Assembly: GCA_963771175.1 (NCBI GenBank)
Contig: CAVYSY010000007.1
Coordinates: 32,001 to 96,000, forward strand
DNA length: 64,000 nucleotides
Direction: 5' to 3'
DNA from: an uncultured delta proteobacterium
GTDB lineage: Bacteria; Myxococcota; Myxococcia; Myxococcales; Myxococcaceae
Position numbers and translations under genes: made by a program. Each line of letters starts with the position of its first letter. The stretch's first letter is position 1. This document shows, piece after piece, positions 1 to 11,667 of this stretch. Below the pieces are notes generated by a model, which saw only the letters and a program-made list of their open reading frames with translations, searched no databases and had not been told where the DNA came from.

Positions 1-1
1 C

Positions 2-346
2 TTCCTGGGCGACCCCTATGCGCGGTACGGGGGCAAGTCGCTTCGAGAGCGCTCCCATGGGGAGAGCGTCTCGGCCGTGTTCGGCGCGAACAGGAGCGGG
101 GGGCTCTTCTTCTTCGACGAGCCCGAGTCGGCCTTCTCTCCGACACGGCAGTTGGAGTTCGTGAAGGCAATCGAGGAATCCGCCCGAGGCGGCAGCTGGC
201 AATTCGTCATCGCCACCCACTCGCCCATCGTCATGTCCATCCAGCGTGCGCGAATCCTCGACTTCGACCGCCCCGAGCTTCCGTCCATCCAACCGGAGGA
301 GACGAAGCACTGGAGCGTGTTCAAACGCATCCTCTGCCAGCAGTAG
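2..346 (+). CDS. AAA/ABC-type ATPase, 3' end (partial at window edge)
   Basis: Frame open from the edge: SHGES signature-like motif, Walker B FFFDEPE, IATHSP H-loop. Confidence 0.85.
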   Translation, partial: FLGDPYARYGGKSLRERSHGESVSAVFGANRSGGLFFFDEPESAFSPTRQLEFVKAIEESARGGSWQFVIATHSPIVMSIQRARILDFDRPELPSIQPEETKHWSVFKRILCQQ

Positions 347-349
347 ACG

Positions 350-1594
350 TCACAGGCTGACGAGCATGGCCAACAACAGCGCCGCTCCCACCAGGGCGAG
401 GATGGCCCCGAAGGCCACCTGGCTCCACTTCTCCCGCTCCACCGCGCTCAGCTCCGGTGGATCCCTGAAGCGGTGGAGGAAGTTCCAGACCATGTGGGAG
501 CCCAGCCGCTTGTTGGTTCCTCGCTGCGCATGGCCCGAGACGGGCACCTCGTCCGGATTCGGCTCGAGCCCCTCCCCGGCCACCGGCCGCAGGTGCGGAG
601 GCAGCATTCCGGGAACCATCACGCCCTGCTGGGGGCCACCCGTCTGGAGGGGCGGCAACAGGGGTTGCTCCGTCTGGTCGAGCACCGCGCGAGTCGCCTC
701 GGACTCCAGCGGCTGGGCCTTGGTCTCCTGCAGCGGCCGCGAGGAGTGCTCCTCCACCACCGGAAGGGAGACTTCCGAGGAGAATCGCTCCGGCCCGGGC
801 TCGATGCGGACTCCGGCGAGCTTCTCGTGCAGCGCCTCCGGGGACTGCGCCTCCAGCATCTCGAGGGCCACCGCCACCCCGTCCCGGCCCGTGTTGGCCT
901 CGCGCAGGCCCGCGAAGCCGTGCTCGGTGAGCGCCTCGCGGAAGAGCTCCCGCCCCGCCTCGCTCTGGCCCGCCGGGTCCTTCGCGTTCGCCTCGGCGTA
1001 GGCCAGGAAGAAGGACCAGAGGCGCTCGGCGCGCTCGGAGGGCGCCAGCCGCGAGGGTCTCAGCTCCGCGCCCAGGAAGCGAAGCTCCTCGGCGAAGTGG
1101 TGGGCGAGCGACTCCTCCCCAATGGGCTCGGAGAACGTCGGCAGCAGTTCCCCCAGCGGCCGAGCCTCGGCGCCCTCATGGACCTCCGGGTCTCCCGGAG
1201 TGGGCACCGGCACCAGGAGATCCGTCAGGAGCGGAGCCTCCATGGTGTGCCGGGCGGGAAGCCGCGGGCGCTCGCCCGTCCTCGCGGAGGGCGGTTTGTC
1301 GAAACGGGTGCCGTTCGCGTCGCGGGCCCTGCCCGAGCGGGCCTCGCCACGGGACTCCAGGCCGTCCTGGGAGAAGTCCAGGCCGCTCGTCGTCGTCCGC
1401 TCCTGGCGCACCTCGCCGGCACGCGGCAACTCCACCTGCGTGGGCATGCCGCCGATGCGCGTCAGCTCCTCGCGGGCCACACCGCTGCCGTTTCCGGCCT
1501 TGCCTGAACGACCCGGGGGGCCCCCCTCGGGCCGGCTCGGAGGCCGACCCACGAAGGTCCCACGGCCTCCCTTGATGTTTCCGGCGTGGCTCAT
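350..1594 (-). CDS. Hypothetical protein with a single C-terminal TM anchor
   Basis: Long ORF with GC3-rich codons; likely start MSHAGNIKGG; hydrophobic tail VAFGAILALVGAALLLAMLVSL. Confidence 0.75.
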   Translation of the reverse strand: MSHAGNIKGGRGTFVGRPPSRPEGGPPGRSGKAGNGSGVAREELTRIGGMPTQVELPRAGEVRQERTTTSGLDFSQDGLESRGEARSGRARDANGTRFDKPPSARTGERPRLPARHTMEAPLLTDLLVPVPTPGDPEVHEGAEARPLGELLPTFSEPIGEESLAHHFAEELRFLGAELRPSRLAPSERAERLWSFFLAYAEANAKDPAGQSEAGRELFREALTEHGFAGLREANTGRDGVAVALEMLEAQSPEALHEKLAGVRIEPGPERFSSEVSLPVVEEHSSRPLQETKAQPLESEATRAVLDQTEQPLLPPLQTGGPQQGVMVPGMLPPHLRPVAGEGLEPNPDEVPVSGHAQRGTNKRLGSHMVWNFLHRFRDPPELSAVEREKWSQVAFGAILALVGAALLLAMLVSL

Positions 1595-1644
1595 CCCCTG
1601 GATTGTCGCCTGGACGGCGAGCAAGTTGCCAGGGGAGCCCCCGC

Positions 1645-2148
1645 CTACTCCTCTTCCCTCTCCGCCTTCACCGGAGATGTCATCCCGTTGACATCCAGGA
1701 TGACGCTGAAGACGGACACCTGGCCATCGCCATCCAGGTCCCCCCGGGCGTAGCAGGTGACCTCCGCCTCCCCGAGGGGGGTCTCCTGCACCACCACCTG
1801 GTACTGGTAGCGGACGCGCTCGCCCGGCTCGAAGCCGATCCTCTTCAGGTTCTCGTCCGGCTCGAAGGGCACCGACTTGCCGCCCCGCGGCATGTCCTTG
1901 GGCACCGGGCCCGCGACGAGGAAGACGCCGTGCTCGTCGCGGTAGGACTGCACGTCACCACACAGGCGGAGCACGTTGACGCGCGCCTCGTTGGTGAGGG
2001 CCTGGTCCTGCACGGGGTGCGAGCGGCTGATGACGAAGAAGGCGCCGCCCGCCACCGCCATGAGGCACGGGACCGCGAGCACCGCCCCCACCAGCGCCAC
2101 CTTCTTCCAGGTGGCCATGCGCGGCTTGTCGGAAACGGGGTTGTCCAT
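1645..2148 (-). CDS. Pilin-like membrane-anchored protein
   Basis: N-terminal TM, pilin-like helix (EARVNVLRLCGDVQSYRDEHG), C-terminal YQY...ARGDLDGDG reminiscent of deltaproteobacterial PilA heads. Confidence 0.6.
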   Translation of the reverse strand: MDNPVSDKPRMATWKKVALVGAVLAVPCLMAVAGGAFFVISRSHPVQDQALTNEARVNVLRLCGDVQSYRDEHGVFLVAGPVPKDMPRGGKSVPFEPDENLKRIGFEPGERVRYQYQVVVQETPLGEAEVTCYARGDLDGDGQVSVFSVILDVNGMTSPVKAEREEE

Positions 2149-2163
2149 GGGACTCGCTCCTCG

Positions 2164-3066
2164 TTAGCGGGTGCCGGCCCAGTCGCGCGGGTTGCGGAGC
2201 ACCTCCACCAGTCGCGCCTCCTCGGAGCCGGGGGCGGGGTGGTGGTCGTAGCGCCAGCGCACCTGCGGGGGCAGCGACATGAGGATGGACTCGGTGCGCC
2301 CCTTCGTCTCCAGGCCGAAGATGGTGCCCCGGTCCCAGACGAGGTTGAACTCCACGTAGCGCCCGCGCCGCACCTCCTGCCAAAAGCGCTGCGCCTCAGT
2401 AACGGGCGTGTCCTTGCGCCGCTCGGCGATGGGCAGGTACGCGGGGAGGAAGGCCCGGCCGGCATCCCGCACCAGGTCGAACTCGCGCTCCAGGTCCCCA
2501 CCCAGGTTCTCGAAGAAGATACCTCCCACTCCGCGCGCCTCCTCGCGGTGGCGCAGGAAGAAGTACTTGTCGCAGGCCTCCTTGAAGCGCGGGTAGTACG
2601 TCGGGTCGTGCGGGTCGCACGCCTCCTTGTGGGTGCGGTGGAAGTGCACCGCGTCCTCCTCATAGAGGTAGTAGGGCGTCAGGTCCGCGCCGCCGCCGAA
2701 CCACGCCTTTCCGCCCTGTTGAATGAAGCGGTAGTTGGCGTGCACGGTGGGCACATGCGGGTTGCGCGGGTGGAGCACCAGCGAGATGCCCGCGGCCCAG
2801 AAGGTGAGCCCCTCGCCCTGCAACTTCTTGGAGAAGGCCTCCTCCAGCTCGCCAAACACCACCGAGGTGCTGACGCCGCCCTTCTCCAGCACGGCCCCGT
2901 CCTCCAGCACGCGGCTGCGCCCACCGCCACCGCCCGGTCGCTGCCACGGGTCCTCCCGGAAGCGGGCCTTCCCATCGAGCCGCTCCAGCGCCCCGCAGAT
3001 GTCGTCCTGCAGGCCGTGGATGAACTCCACCATCCGCTCCTTCATCTTCTCCACGTCCACCGTCAT
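2164..3066 (-). CDS. hemF: Oxygen-dependent coproporphyrinogen III oxidase
   Basis: HPRNPHVPTVHANYR, WFGGGADLTP, RGVGGIFF, RRGRYVEFNL, ESILMSLPP; start MTVDVEK overlaps upstream stop (ATGA). Confidence 0.97.
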   Translation of the reverse strand: MTVDVEKMKERMVEFIHGLQDDICGALERLDGKARFREDPWQRPGGGGGRSRVLEDGAVLEKGGVSTSVVFGELEEAFSKKLQGEGLTFWAAGISLVLHPRNPHVPTVHANYRFIQQGGKAWFGGGADLTPYYLYEEDAVHFHRTHKEACDPHDPTYYPRFKEACDKYFFLRHREEARGVGGIFFENLGGDLEREFDLVRDAGRAFLPAYLPIAERRKDTPVTEAQRFWQEVRRGRYVEFNLVWDRGTIFGLETKGRTESILMSLPPQVRWRYDHHPAPGSEEARLVEVLRNPRDWAGTR

Positions 3067-3887
3067 GGGTTCTCCTGGGGCGCCACCGGCGCCTCGAATT
3101 GTAGGGGGGGCACCGCGGGAGCGGTGTTGCCCGCCGCGTCGAAGACCTCCAGCTTCGCGCGGTAGCTCCTGCCCACATCCAGGGCGAAGGCCCCACCGCA
3201 CGCCTCGTGCCCCACCAGGGCCACGCCATCATGAATGGGGGTGACGTAGTGCTGGGGCGCCATGTCATCACGCCGCCGCCAGAGCGTCACCACGAGGTAG
3301 GCCGGGCTGTCCTCCCGCAGGGCCATGCTCAGCTTGACGAAGCGCTCCGTGCCGTCGCGGGTGCGCCGGGAGAGGCCCTCGCTGACGGTGGGGCGCTTGA
3401 GCCAGCGCGGGCGCGCCACGTCCTGGCCCTTGCCGCTGCGCCATTCGGGCTGCGAGGAGCGCGAACCATTGAGCACCTTCGCGTCGGGCAACACGTCGTC
3501 CAGGCGCAGCGTGTAGGCGCGGCCGGACTTGAGCGGGCTCGAGGGCCGGAGCACCACGGTGGAGCGCCCCAGGGAGCTGCTCCAGCCGCGCTGCACGCGC
3601 ACCTCCACCTCGTGGCCCTCCGACTGCAAGCGGAGGACACGGCCCGGGAGGGCGGCCACCCGGGGGCCGAAGGTGCCGAGACCCTCGAGCAGGAAGCGGG
3701 AATTGGTGGGCACCACCGCGCCGGGCATGGGGAACACCTGCACCCCATTCTCGGGGCACTGGGCGGCGCGTGCGGCCGGGGCAACCAGGATGAGCAGGAC
3801 GAGTAGCGGGACGACGGGTCGCACGAGGCCGTCGAGTCTGCGACGGGCCGGCGCCGGAGGCCAGCGTCCCGATGCGCGCCCATTCAC
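3063..3887 (-). CDS. Hypothetical secreted protein
   Basis: Signal-peptide-like VVPLLVLLILVAPAARAA; coupled to hemF; true start may be downstream. Confidence 0.7.
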   Translation of the reverse strand: MNGRASGRWPPAPARRRLDGLVRPVVPLLVLLILVAPAARAAQCPENGVQVFPMPGAVVPTNSRFLLEGLGTFGPRVAALPGRVLRLQSEGHEVEVRVQRGWSSSLGRSTVVLRPSSPLKSGRAYTLRLDDVLPDAKVLNGSRSSQPEWRSGKGQDVARPRWLKRPTVSEGLSRRTRDGTERFVKLSMALREDSPAYLVVTLWRRRDDMAPQHYVTPIHDGVALVGHEACGGAFALDVGRSYRAKLEVFDAAGNTAPAVPPLQFEAPVAPQENP

Positions 3888-3963
3888 TTCCCGTCGGCCG
3901 GCAGCCCGCCCCCCTGACGCAGCCCGCCGTCCGAGGCCCGTGAGTCCAGCGAGTGGGGCGCCG

Positions 3964-4255
3964 TCAGTGCGTGGGGCGCCCGTCCTCGGAGAGCACGATG
4001 GGGCCGTGGCGCTGCCTCGTATCTGGCGAGGCTGTCCTGCAGGGCCCCCAGCAGGCGCTTGAGGTGCTTGGGGTTGGTGATGATGCGCGAGAGCACCCTG
4101 GCCCGGGGCTGCTGCGGTTGGACGTAGATGAAGTCCAGGGTGAACTCCGTCTCCGTGTGGTTGACGAGCGCCATGTTCACGTACTGACCATTGGCCACGG
4201 CGTCATCTATCTGGACCTGCAGGGGGATTTCGGGGGGCTTGGGGGTATCCGCCAT
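3964..4255 (-). CDS. DUF3467-like protein (apparent frameshift near 4013)
   Basis: GQYVNMALVNHTETEFTLDF...SRIITNPKHLKRL; removing one base gives YEARHGPIVLSEDGRPTH* ending at 3964. Confidence 0.8.
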
Positions 4256-4299
4256 GGGGGGGGAATACCGCTGGAGGAGCCTCGTGGCTAGACTCCGTC

Positions 4300-5134
4300 A
4301 TGGTGCGAGCGCAGCGGATGGACCCGGAGAAGACGGCGCCGTTCGAGCTGGGGCGGGGGGAGGATGCCTGCCTCCTGCTGCACGGCTTCACGGGAAGTCC
4401 CTGGGACGTGCGCCCGCTCGGCGAGGCCCTGGCGGCCCGAGGGCTGTACGTGCGGGCCATCCAGCTCCCGGGCCACGGCACCACCCCCGAGGACCTCCTG
4501 CGAGTGGGATACCGGGACTGGGAGCACGCCGCGGCCCAAGCCCTGTTGTCCCTGCGCGACCACCGGCGCGTCTTCGTATCCGGACTGTCCATGGGGGCCC
4601 TGCTGGCGCTGAAGCTCGCCGCCAACTACCCCGAGCGGGTACAGGGACTGGCGCTCGTCGCCCCGGCACTGCGCTTCAAGGGGCCTCGACATGTGGCTCC
4701 TCAAGCGCCTGCGCCACCATCGGCTGCTGGAGCGGGTGAAGCCCTGGGTCCTCAAGACGGGCACCGACCTCTCCGACCCGGCGGTGCTCGCCGAGGCCCC
4801 CATCCTTCCCGCCTTCCCCTCGGCCCGGCTGCAGGACATGTGGGAGTTGCAGGACGCGGCGATGAATGCCCTGCCCCGGGTGCGCAGCCCGGCCCTGGTG
4901 GCCGTGGCCCAGCAGGACCACGTGGTGGACCCCGAGGGCGGCCGGGTGCTGGTGCGCGGCCTCATCGCCTCGTCCCGGGTGCGCTTCATCTCCCTGCAGG
5001 ACGGCTTCCACATCATCCCGAGGGACAAGGGCGGGCCGCTGCTCGCCTCGGAGGTGGGGAGCTTCTTCGAGCGGGAGCGGGGCCCGAGGTCCGAGGACTC
5101 ATACGCCAGTTCCAGGCGTCCAGCGGCGGGGTGA
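4300..5134 (+). CDS. Alpha/beta hydrolase (carboxylesterase/lipase-like), frameshift near 4690
   Basis: LLHGFTGS, GLSMG nucleophile elbow; catalytic D (DHVVD) and H (GFHII) in the second frame. Confidence 0.85.
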
Positions 5135-5213
5135 CGGCCAGCCCTGGCTCCTCACCAGGCATGCGACGAAACATGCGGGCCCGTCGCGCATCCGTTACTC
5201 ACTCCCCGCCCCC

Positions 5214-5908
<695 letters not shown>

Positions 5909-5912
<4 letters not shown>

Positions 5913-8462
5913 GTCTGCGCCTCCTGGCCCGCGCCAGCCTGCGTCACCTCGGCGGCCACCCGTGGCTCACCGCCCTGTCGCTGCTGGGCATCGCGCTCGG
6001 CGTGGCGGTGGTGGTGTCCATCGACCTCGCCAACGCGAGCGCCATGCTCGCCTTCGAGCGCTCCACGGACACCGTGGCCGGCCGCGCCACCCACCAGCTC
6101 GTCGGCGGACCCGCGGGGCTGCCCGAGTCGGTGTACCGGGACGTGCGCCTGTTGCCCGGAGTCCCCGTCGGCCGCTCCCGTGGTGGAGGGCCACGTGCGC
6201 GCCACGAGCGGCGACAAGCGCACCCTCACCGTGCTCGGCGTGGATCCGTTCGCCGAGGCCCCCTTCCGCTCCTACGTGCCGAGGAGCGGGGGCACGGTGG
6301 ACCTGAGCGCCTTCCTCACCGAGCCTGGAGCGGCCCTCCTCACGCGACGCACGGCCCGGGCGCTGGGCGTGGGCGTCGGAGACTCGCTGGACGTGGTCGT
6401 GGAGGGCGTGACGCGGCGGCTGCGCGCGGTGGCGCTGCTGGAGCCCGAGGACGAGGGCCGTGCCCGTGCGCTGGACGGACTGGTGCTCACCGACATCTCC
6501 ACCGCGCAGGAGTTGCTCGGACAGGAGGGGCGGCTCTCGCGCATCGACCTGAAGCTGCCCGGGGGCGAGGCCGGCGAGGCGTGGCTGTCGCGCCTGCGCC
6601 CGCTGCTGCCCGAGGGCGCCGAGGTGGTGCGGCCCCGCGCGCGCGGCAACGCGGTGGAGCAGATGACGCGGGCCTTCCGCACCAACCTCACCGCGCTGTC
6701 GCTGCTGGCGCTCGTGGTGGGCACCTTCCTCATCTACAACACGATGACCTTCTCGGTGGTGCAGCGGCGCGAGCAGCTCGGACGGCTGCGCGCGGTGGGC
6801 ATCACCCGGGGCGAGCTGTTCACCCTGGTGCTGGGCGAGGCGGCGGTGCTGGGCGTGGTGGGCACGGTGGCGGGACTGCTGCTGGGCGTGTTGCTGGGGC
6901 GCGGGCTGGTGGAGCTCGTCACCCGGACGCTCAATGACCTGTACTTCACGGTGAGCGTGCGCGGCCTCTCGCTGGAGCCCTCCACGCTGGCCAAGGGGCT
7001 GCTGCTGGGCCTGGGCGCCACGCTGGCCGCCGCGCTGCTGCCCGCGTGGGAGGCGGCGCGCTCGGCTCCGGCGGTGACGCTGCGCCGCTCCACCCTGGAG
7101 GACGTGGCCCGCGGAGGGCGCCCCGGCTCGCGCTGCTGGGGCTGCTCGTCCTCGCGCTGGGCGTGGGGCTGCTGGCCCTGCCCACGCCCGAGCTGCTGCC
7201 GGCCTACGCGGGGCTCTTCTCGGTGCTGCTGGGCTCGGCGCTGCTGGTGCCCTGGCTCACGGCGCGGCTGGCGGGCGCGGCGGCGGGTCCGCTGGGGCGC
7301 CCCTTCGGGCTGCTGGGCCGCATGGCCGCGCGGGGGGTGACGGCGAGCCTCAGCCGCACCGCCGTGGCCCTCGCCGCGCTCATGGTGGCGGTGGCCACCA
7401 CGGTGGGCGTGGGATTGATGGTGGCCAGCTTCCGCAACACGGTGGCGGAGTGGCTGGAGGCCTCGCTGCAGGCGGACGTCTACATCTCCCCGCCCGCGCT
7501 CGTCACCCGACGCGGAGAGCGCCACCTTCGTCCCCGGGCTCGCCGAGCACCTGCGCGCCACGCCCGGCGTGGGCAGCAGCAGCAGCATCCGCACGGTACA
7601 GGTGCGCGTGGACGGCGTGCCCACGGACCTGCGCTCGGTGGACTTCGGAGACACCCCGGTGCGCCCCTACCGCTTCAAGGAGGGAGACCCGGAGCGCGTG
7701 TGGAAGGAGCTGGAGGCCCCGGACACGGTGCTCGTCTCCGAGCCCTTCGCCTTCCACCGCCGCGTGGGCGTGGGCGGCACGGTGGAGCTGGCGACGGACA
7801 AGGGCCCTCGCCGCTTCCGCGTGGTGGGCGTGTACTTCGACTATGGCTCGGACACGGGCACGCTGCTGATGGTGCGCGACACGTACCTGCGCCACTTCGA
7901 CGACCCACGGGTGAGCGGCGTGGCCCTCTACGCCGCGCCCGGGCAGGACGTGGACGCGCTGGTGGCCAGGGCTCGCGAGCGCGCCGGGGACGTGCAGGCG
8001 CTCGACATCCGCTCCAACCGCGCGCTGCGCGAGACGTCGCTGGAGGTGTTCGACCGCACCTTCACCATCACCCACGTGCTGCGGCTGCTCGCGGTGGGGG
8101 TGGCCTTCATCGGCGTGCTGAGCGCGCTGATGGCGCTGCAACTGGAGCGGGCGCGCGAGTTCGCGGTGCTGCGCGCCATCGGCCTCACACCGCGCCAGCT
8201 CTGGGGACTCGTGTCCCTCCAGACGGGGCTGCTGGGACTGCTGGCGGGGCTCTTCTCGCTGCCGCTCGGCGTGGCGCTCGCGTACGTGCTGGTCCACGTC
8301 ATCAACCAGCGCTCCTTCGGGTGGACGCTGCAACTGCTGGTGGACCCGAGCGTGCTGGTGCAGGCGATGGTGCTGGCGCTGTCGGCGGCGGCGCTCGCGG
8401 GCCTGTACCCGTCCTGGAAGATGTCGCGCGCCAACCCCGCGCTGGCGCTGAGGGAGGAGTGA
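5909..8462 (+). CDS. Duplicated FtsX/MacB-type ABC permease (frameshifts near 6170, 7115, 7520)
   Basis: [41 protein letters not shown]-terminal PALALREE; spread over four frame segments. Confidence 0.85.
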
Positions 8463-8466
8463 GGCG

Positions 8467-9645
8467 ATGCGCGGACGCGGACTCGTCATCGGCGTGGCGG
8501 TGGTGCTCGTGGGGCTGGCGGCCGGGGTCACCTGGCGTCACGCACGAGGCCGCCCTGCCCTCGGACGGAGAGTCGACGCTGAAGGTGGCGGAGGCCCTCG
8601 GCGGACCGGACGGCGGCACGGAGGGCTATGCGCGGGCCTTCGAGCCCCGGGCCTTCCTCTTCCCCGAGGACCACGGCCCGCACCCCGACTTCCGCACCGA
8701 GTGGTGGTACTGGACGGGCAACCTCTCCACGGCGGACGGGCGCGACTTCGGCTACCAGTTCACCCTCTTCCGCAGCGCGCTCGCCCCCGAGGACAAGGAG
8801 CGCACGTCCGCGTGGGGCACGCGGCAGGTGTACATGGGGCACCTCGCGCTCTCGGACATCGGCGGCGGGCGCTTCCACGCCTTCGAGCGCTTCAGCCGCG
8901 GCACGCTGGGACTCGCGGGCGCGCGGGCCGAGCCCTTCAGGTATGGCTGGAGGACTGGAGCGCGGAGGCCACGGGCGAACGGGGCCATGCGCCTCACCGC
9001 ACGGGGCGAGGGTGTGTCGCTGTCCCTGGTGCTGGAGCCCGGCAAGCCCCCGGTGCTCCAGGGCGACCGGGGCCTGAGCCAGAAGGGGCCCGAGCCGGGC
9101 AACGCCTCCTATTACTACTCGCTCACGCGGATGCCCTCGCGCGGACAGGTGACGGTGGACGGGCCGCGCGTACGAGGTGACGGGCCAGAGCTGGATGGAC
9201 CGCGAGTGGAGCACCAGCGCGCTCGGCGAGAACCAGGTGGGCTGGGACTGGTTCTCGCTCCAGCTCTCGGACGGCAGCGAGCTCATGTACTACCAGCTGC
9301 CGCCAGCGCGACGGCACGGCGGACCCGTTCAGCGCGGGCACCTTCGTCCCCGCCCAGGGCGAGCCGGTGCGCCTCTCGCGCGAGGACGTGCGCCTGGAGG
9401 TGCGGGACACGTGGAAGAGCCCGCACAGCGGCGCGACGTACCCGGCCCGCTGGCGGCTCGTGGTGCCCTCGCGGAACCTGACGCTGGAGCTCACCCCCGC
9501 GCTGGCCAACCAGGAGCTGCCGGTGAGCGTGCGCTACTGGGAGGGCTCGGTGCGCCTCTCGGGTTCGCACGCGGGCGTCCCCGTCGAGGGCCGTGGCTAT
9601 GTAGAGTTGACTGGCTACGGAGATGCTCCCCGGCGAGGACAGTGA
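8467..9645 (+). CDS. AttH-like lipocalin / CrtC-like hydratase-family protein (several frameshifts)
   Basis: FPEDHGPHPDFRTEWWYWTG, ASYYYSLTR, WMDREWS, WDWFSLQL, YWEG, GYVELTGY. Confidence 0.88.
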
Positions 9646-9688
9646 GCACCTCCGGCGTAGTAGGCTCACGCCCGAGGGAGATACCACC

Positions 9689-10102
9689 ATGACCCAGCCA
9701 CACGAGTGGAACGTCGGGACGCACCACACCCGGTTCGAGCCACCGGACGTGCTGTGGACGAAGATCCGAGGGACGACCTCCATCGAGGATGCCATCTCCC
9801 TCCTGGAGATCTACCGCGAGGTCGGGAGCCAGCAGCCCGTCTTCGTGGTGACGGACCTCTCGGAGGCCACCACCGTCGACCTGAAGGCCCGGGACCACAT
9901 CTCCTGGAACATCCATATGGGCTGGTTCCACGGCGCCATCTACATCGGGGCCGGCATGGTTCAGAGGGCCGTGGCCAGCAGCATGACGTTCCTCCACAGC
10001 CTCACGGGCAACGAGGCCATCCCCCAGCACTTCGTCTCCACGGAGGAGGAGGCCCGCGCGCTCATCGTTCAGGAGCGCTCGCCACGGGGCAGGCAGACGT
10101 AA
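9689..10102 (+). CDS. STAS/SEC14 (SpoIIAA-like) domain protein
   Basis: GGAG RBS; FVVTDLSEATTV...AIYIGAG...FVSTEEEARA pattern; paralog of the next gene. Confidence 0.7.
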   Translation: MTQPHEWNVGTHHTRFEPPDVLWTKIRGTTSIEDAISLLEIYREVGSQQPVFVVTDLSEATTVDLKARDHISWNIHMGWFHGAIYIGAGMVQRAVASSMTFLHSLTGNEAIPQHFVSTEEEARALIVQERSPRGRQT

Positions 10103-10219
10103 CCTCCCCACTGCCATTCCCCTCCGGCGCGGCTAGGATGCGCGCACACGGCACGGGGGAGCCGTGGGGCCGATACGCGTGGACGCTCGGGAGCCCCCCC
10201 TGGGCATCGAGAGGCTCTC

Positions 10220-10636
10220 ATGACGGCTCCCCGCGAATGGACGATCGACACGCACTTCGTCCGCTTCGAGCATCCCGACAATCTGTACGTGAAGATCGAC
10301 GGCGACGTCTCCACCGAGGCGGTGCGCCAGCTCGCCGATATCTGCCGGGACATCGCGGCGAAGCAGCCCTTCTATCTGGTCGCGGATCTCTCGCACGTCG
10401 GCACCGTCTCCTCGGAGGCTCGCAACCACGCCTCCAAGCACATCCGTCCGGACTGGTACCTGGGCGTGGCCTACATCGGGGCCAACCTCATCACCAAGGC
10501 CGCGGCCAAGGGTCTCGCCGTCGCGCTCTACCTCACCGGCAAGTCCTCCTTCGACATCGCGTTCGTCGCCAACGAGGCCGAGGCCCGCGCGGCTCTCGAG
10601 AAGCAGCGCGCCAGGCGCGGCACCCAGGTGGCCTGA
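10220..10636 (+). CDS. STAS/SEC14 (SpoIIAA-like) domain protein
   Basis: YLVADLSHVGTV...AYIGAN...FVANEAEARA; colinear with 9689..10102. Confidence 0.7.
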   Translation: MTAPREWTIDTHFVRFEHPDNLYVKIDGDVSTEAVRQLADICRDIAAKQPFYLVADLSHVGTVSSEARNHASKHIRPDWYLGVAYIGANLITKAAAKGLAVALYLTGKSSFDIAFVANEAEARAALEKQRARRGTQVA

Positions 10637-10668
10637 GCGCAGAACCACCTCCGCGGCCAGTCTTCGGA

Positions 10669-10750
10669 GGACAGGGCACCCTCCGGGCTCGGTCTGGAAA
10701 AACCTGTCCGACAGTCGGACAGGTTTTTGAAAAACGCGACCGGGAGGCTG
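10669..10750. repeat. REP-like dispersed element, copy 1
   Basis: Core AAAAACCTGTCCGAC-A-GTCGGACAGGTTTTT (10698..10728); whole element aligns without gaps to the reverse complement of 52671..52752. Confidence 0.9.
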
Positions 10751-10762
10751 CCTTCGAATGAC

Positions 10763-11482
10763 TTAGAAGAAGGCGGGGGCCTGCTCGGAGGCCGCCACGT
10801 ACTCCTCACGCGCGTCGCGCGGGCGCGTGTTGTAGGCGAGCGCCTCCTCCAGTCGAGCGGGCTTCTCGCCGCGCGGCGACATCATCAGCCGCATGAACAT
10901 CTCGTAGTCCAGCCGCAGGCGCGGGTTGGTGAGGCGCTCGTGGCCGATGGTGCTGAACGTCCGCCCCCCGTAGTCGTGCGAGGGGTACACCAACGTGTCC
11001 TCGGGCAGCGACAGCAGCCGCTGGAGGCTGCGGTACTCGGCCTCGGCGTCTCCCGTTGGCAGGTCCGTCCGCCCCGTGGCCCCGATGAGCAGCGTGTCCC
11101 CCGTGAACACCCGGTCCTCCATCCTCAGCACCCGCGAGTCCGCCGTGTGCCCCGGGGTCTCCCAGACCTCGATACGCAAGGCCCCCAGCTCCAGCACGTC
11201 GCCCTCGTGCAGCGGCTGTTGCACCGCGCCCACCGGCGCTCCCGCGTGCACCGAGCTCGTCATCCGTGCCAGCTCCCGGCCTCCCGACAGGTGGTCCGCG
11301 TGCGTGTGGGTGTCCACCACCAGGCCCAGCCGGAGCTGGTCCTTCCCGAGGCGCTGCAGGTAGCTCGGCACGAGCTCCAGCACCGGGTCCACGATGAGTG
11401 CCTCCCGTGTCCGCGGGTTGACGATGAGGTACGTGCGGCAGCTCGCCCCACCGTTCAACTCCTCGAAGATGAACCCCTTCAT
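10763..11482 (-). CDS. MBL-fold metallo-hydrolase (ETHE1/persulfide dioxygenase-like)
   Basis: DTHTHADHLSG, TPGHT, FTGDTLLI, YPSHDY, STIGHE...NPR. Confidence 0.9.
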   Translation of the reverse strand: MKGFIFEELNGGASCRTYLIVNPRTREALIVDPVLELVPSYLQRLGKDQLRLGLVVDTHTHADHLSGGRELARMTSSVHAGAPVGAVQQPLHEGDVLELGALRIEVWETPGHTADSRVLRMEDRVFTGDTLLIGATGRTDLPTGDAEAEYRSLQRLLSLPEDTLVYPSHDYGGRTFSTIGHERLTNPRLRLDYEMFMRLMMSPRGEKPARLEEALAYNTRPRDAREEYVAASEQAPAFF

Positions 11483-11667
11483 CCCCTGCCTCCCTCGACC
11501 GGCTGCGCCGATGCACCGCAGCCGAGAGCAAGGTAGGCACGGACCGTCCGCCGCATGTCCGACCCGCCCGCCCGACGTCCGAGACGCCATCTGGTGGACG
11601 ATGGCGCGCCCCATGGGGTGAGCGCCGTGCCGCTCATGAAGCAGGCGGGCGAGCGTGCGCCCGCTGT

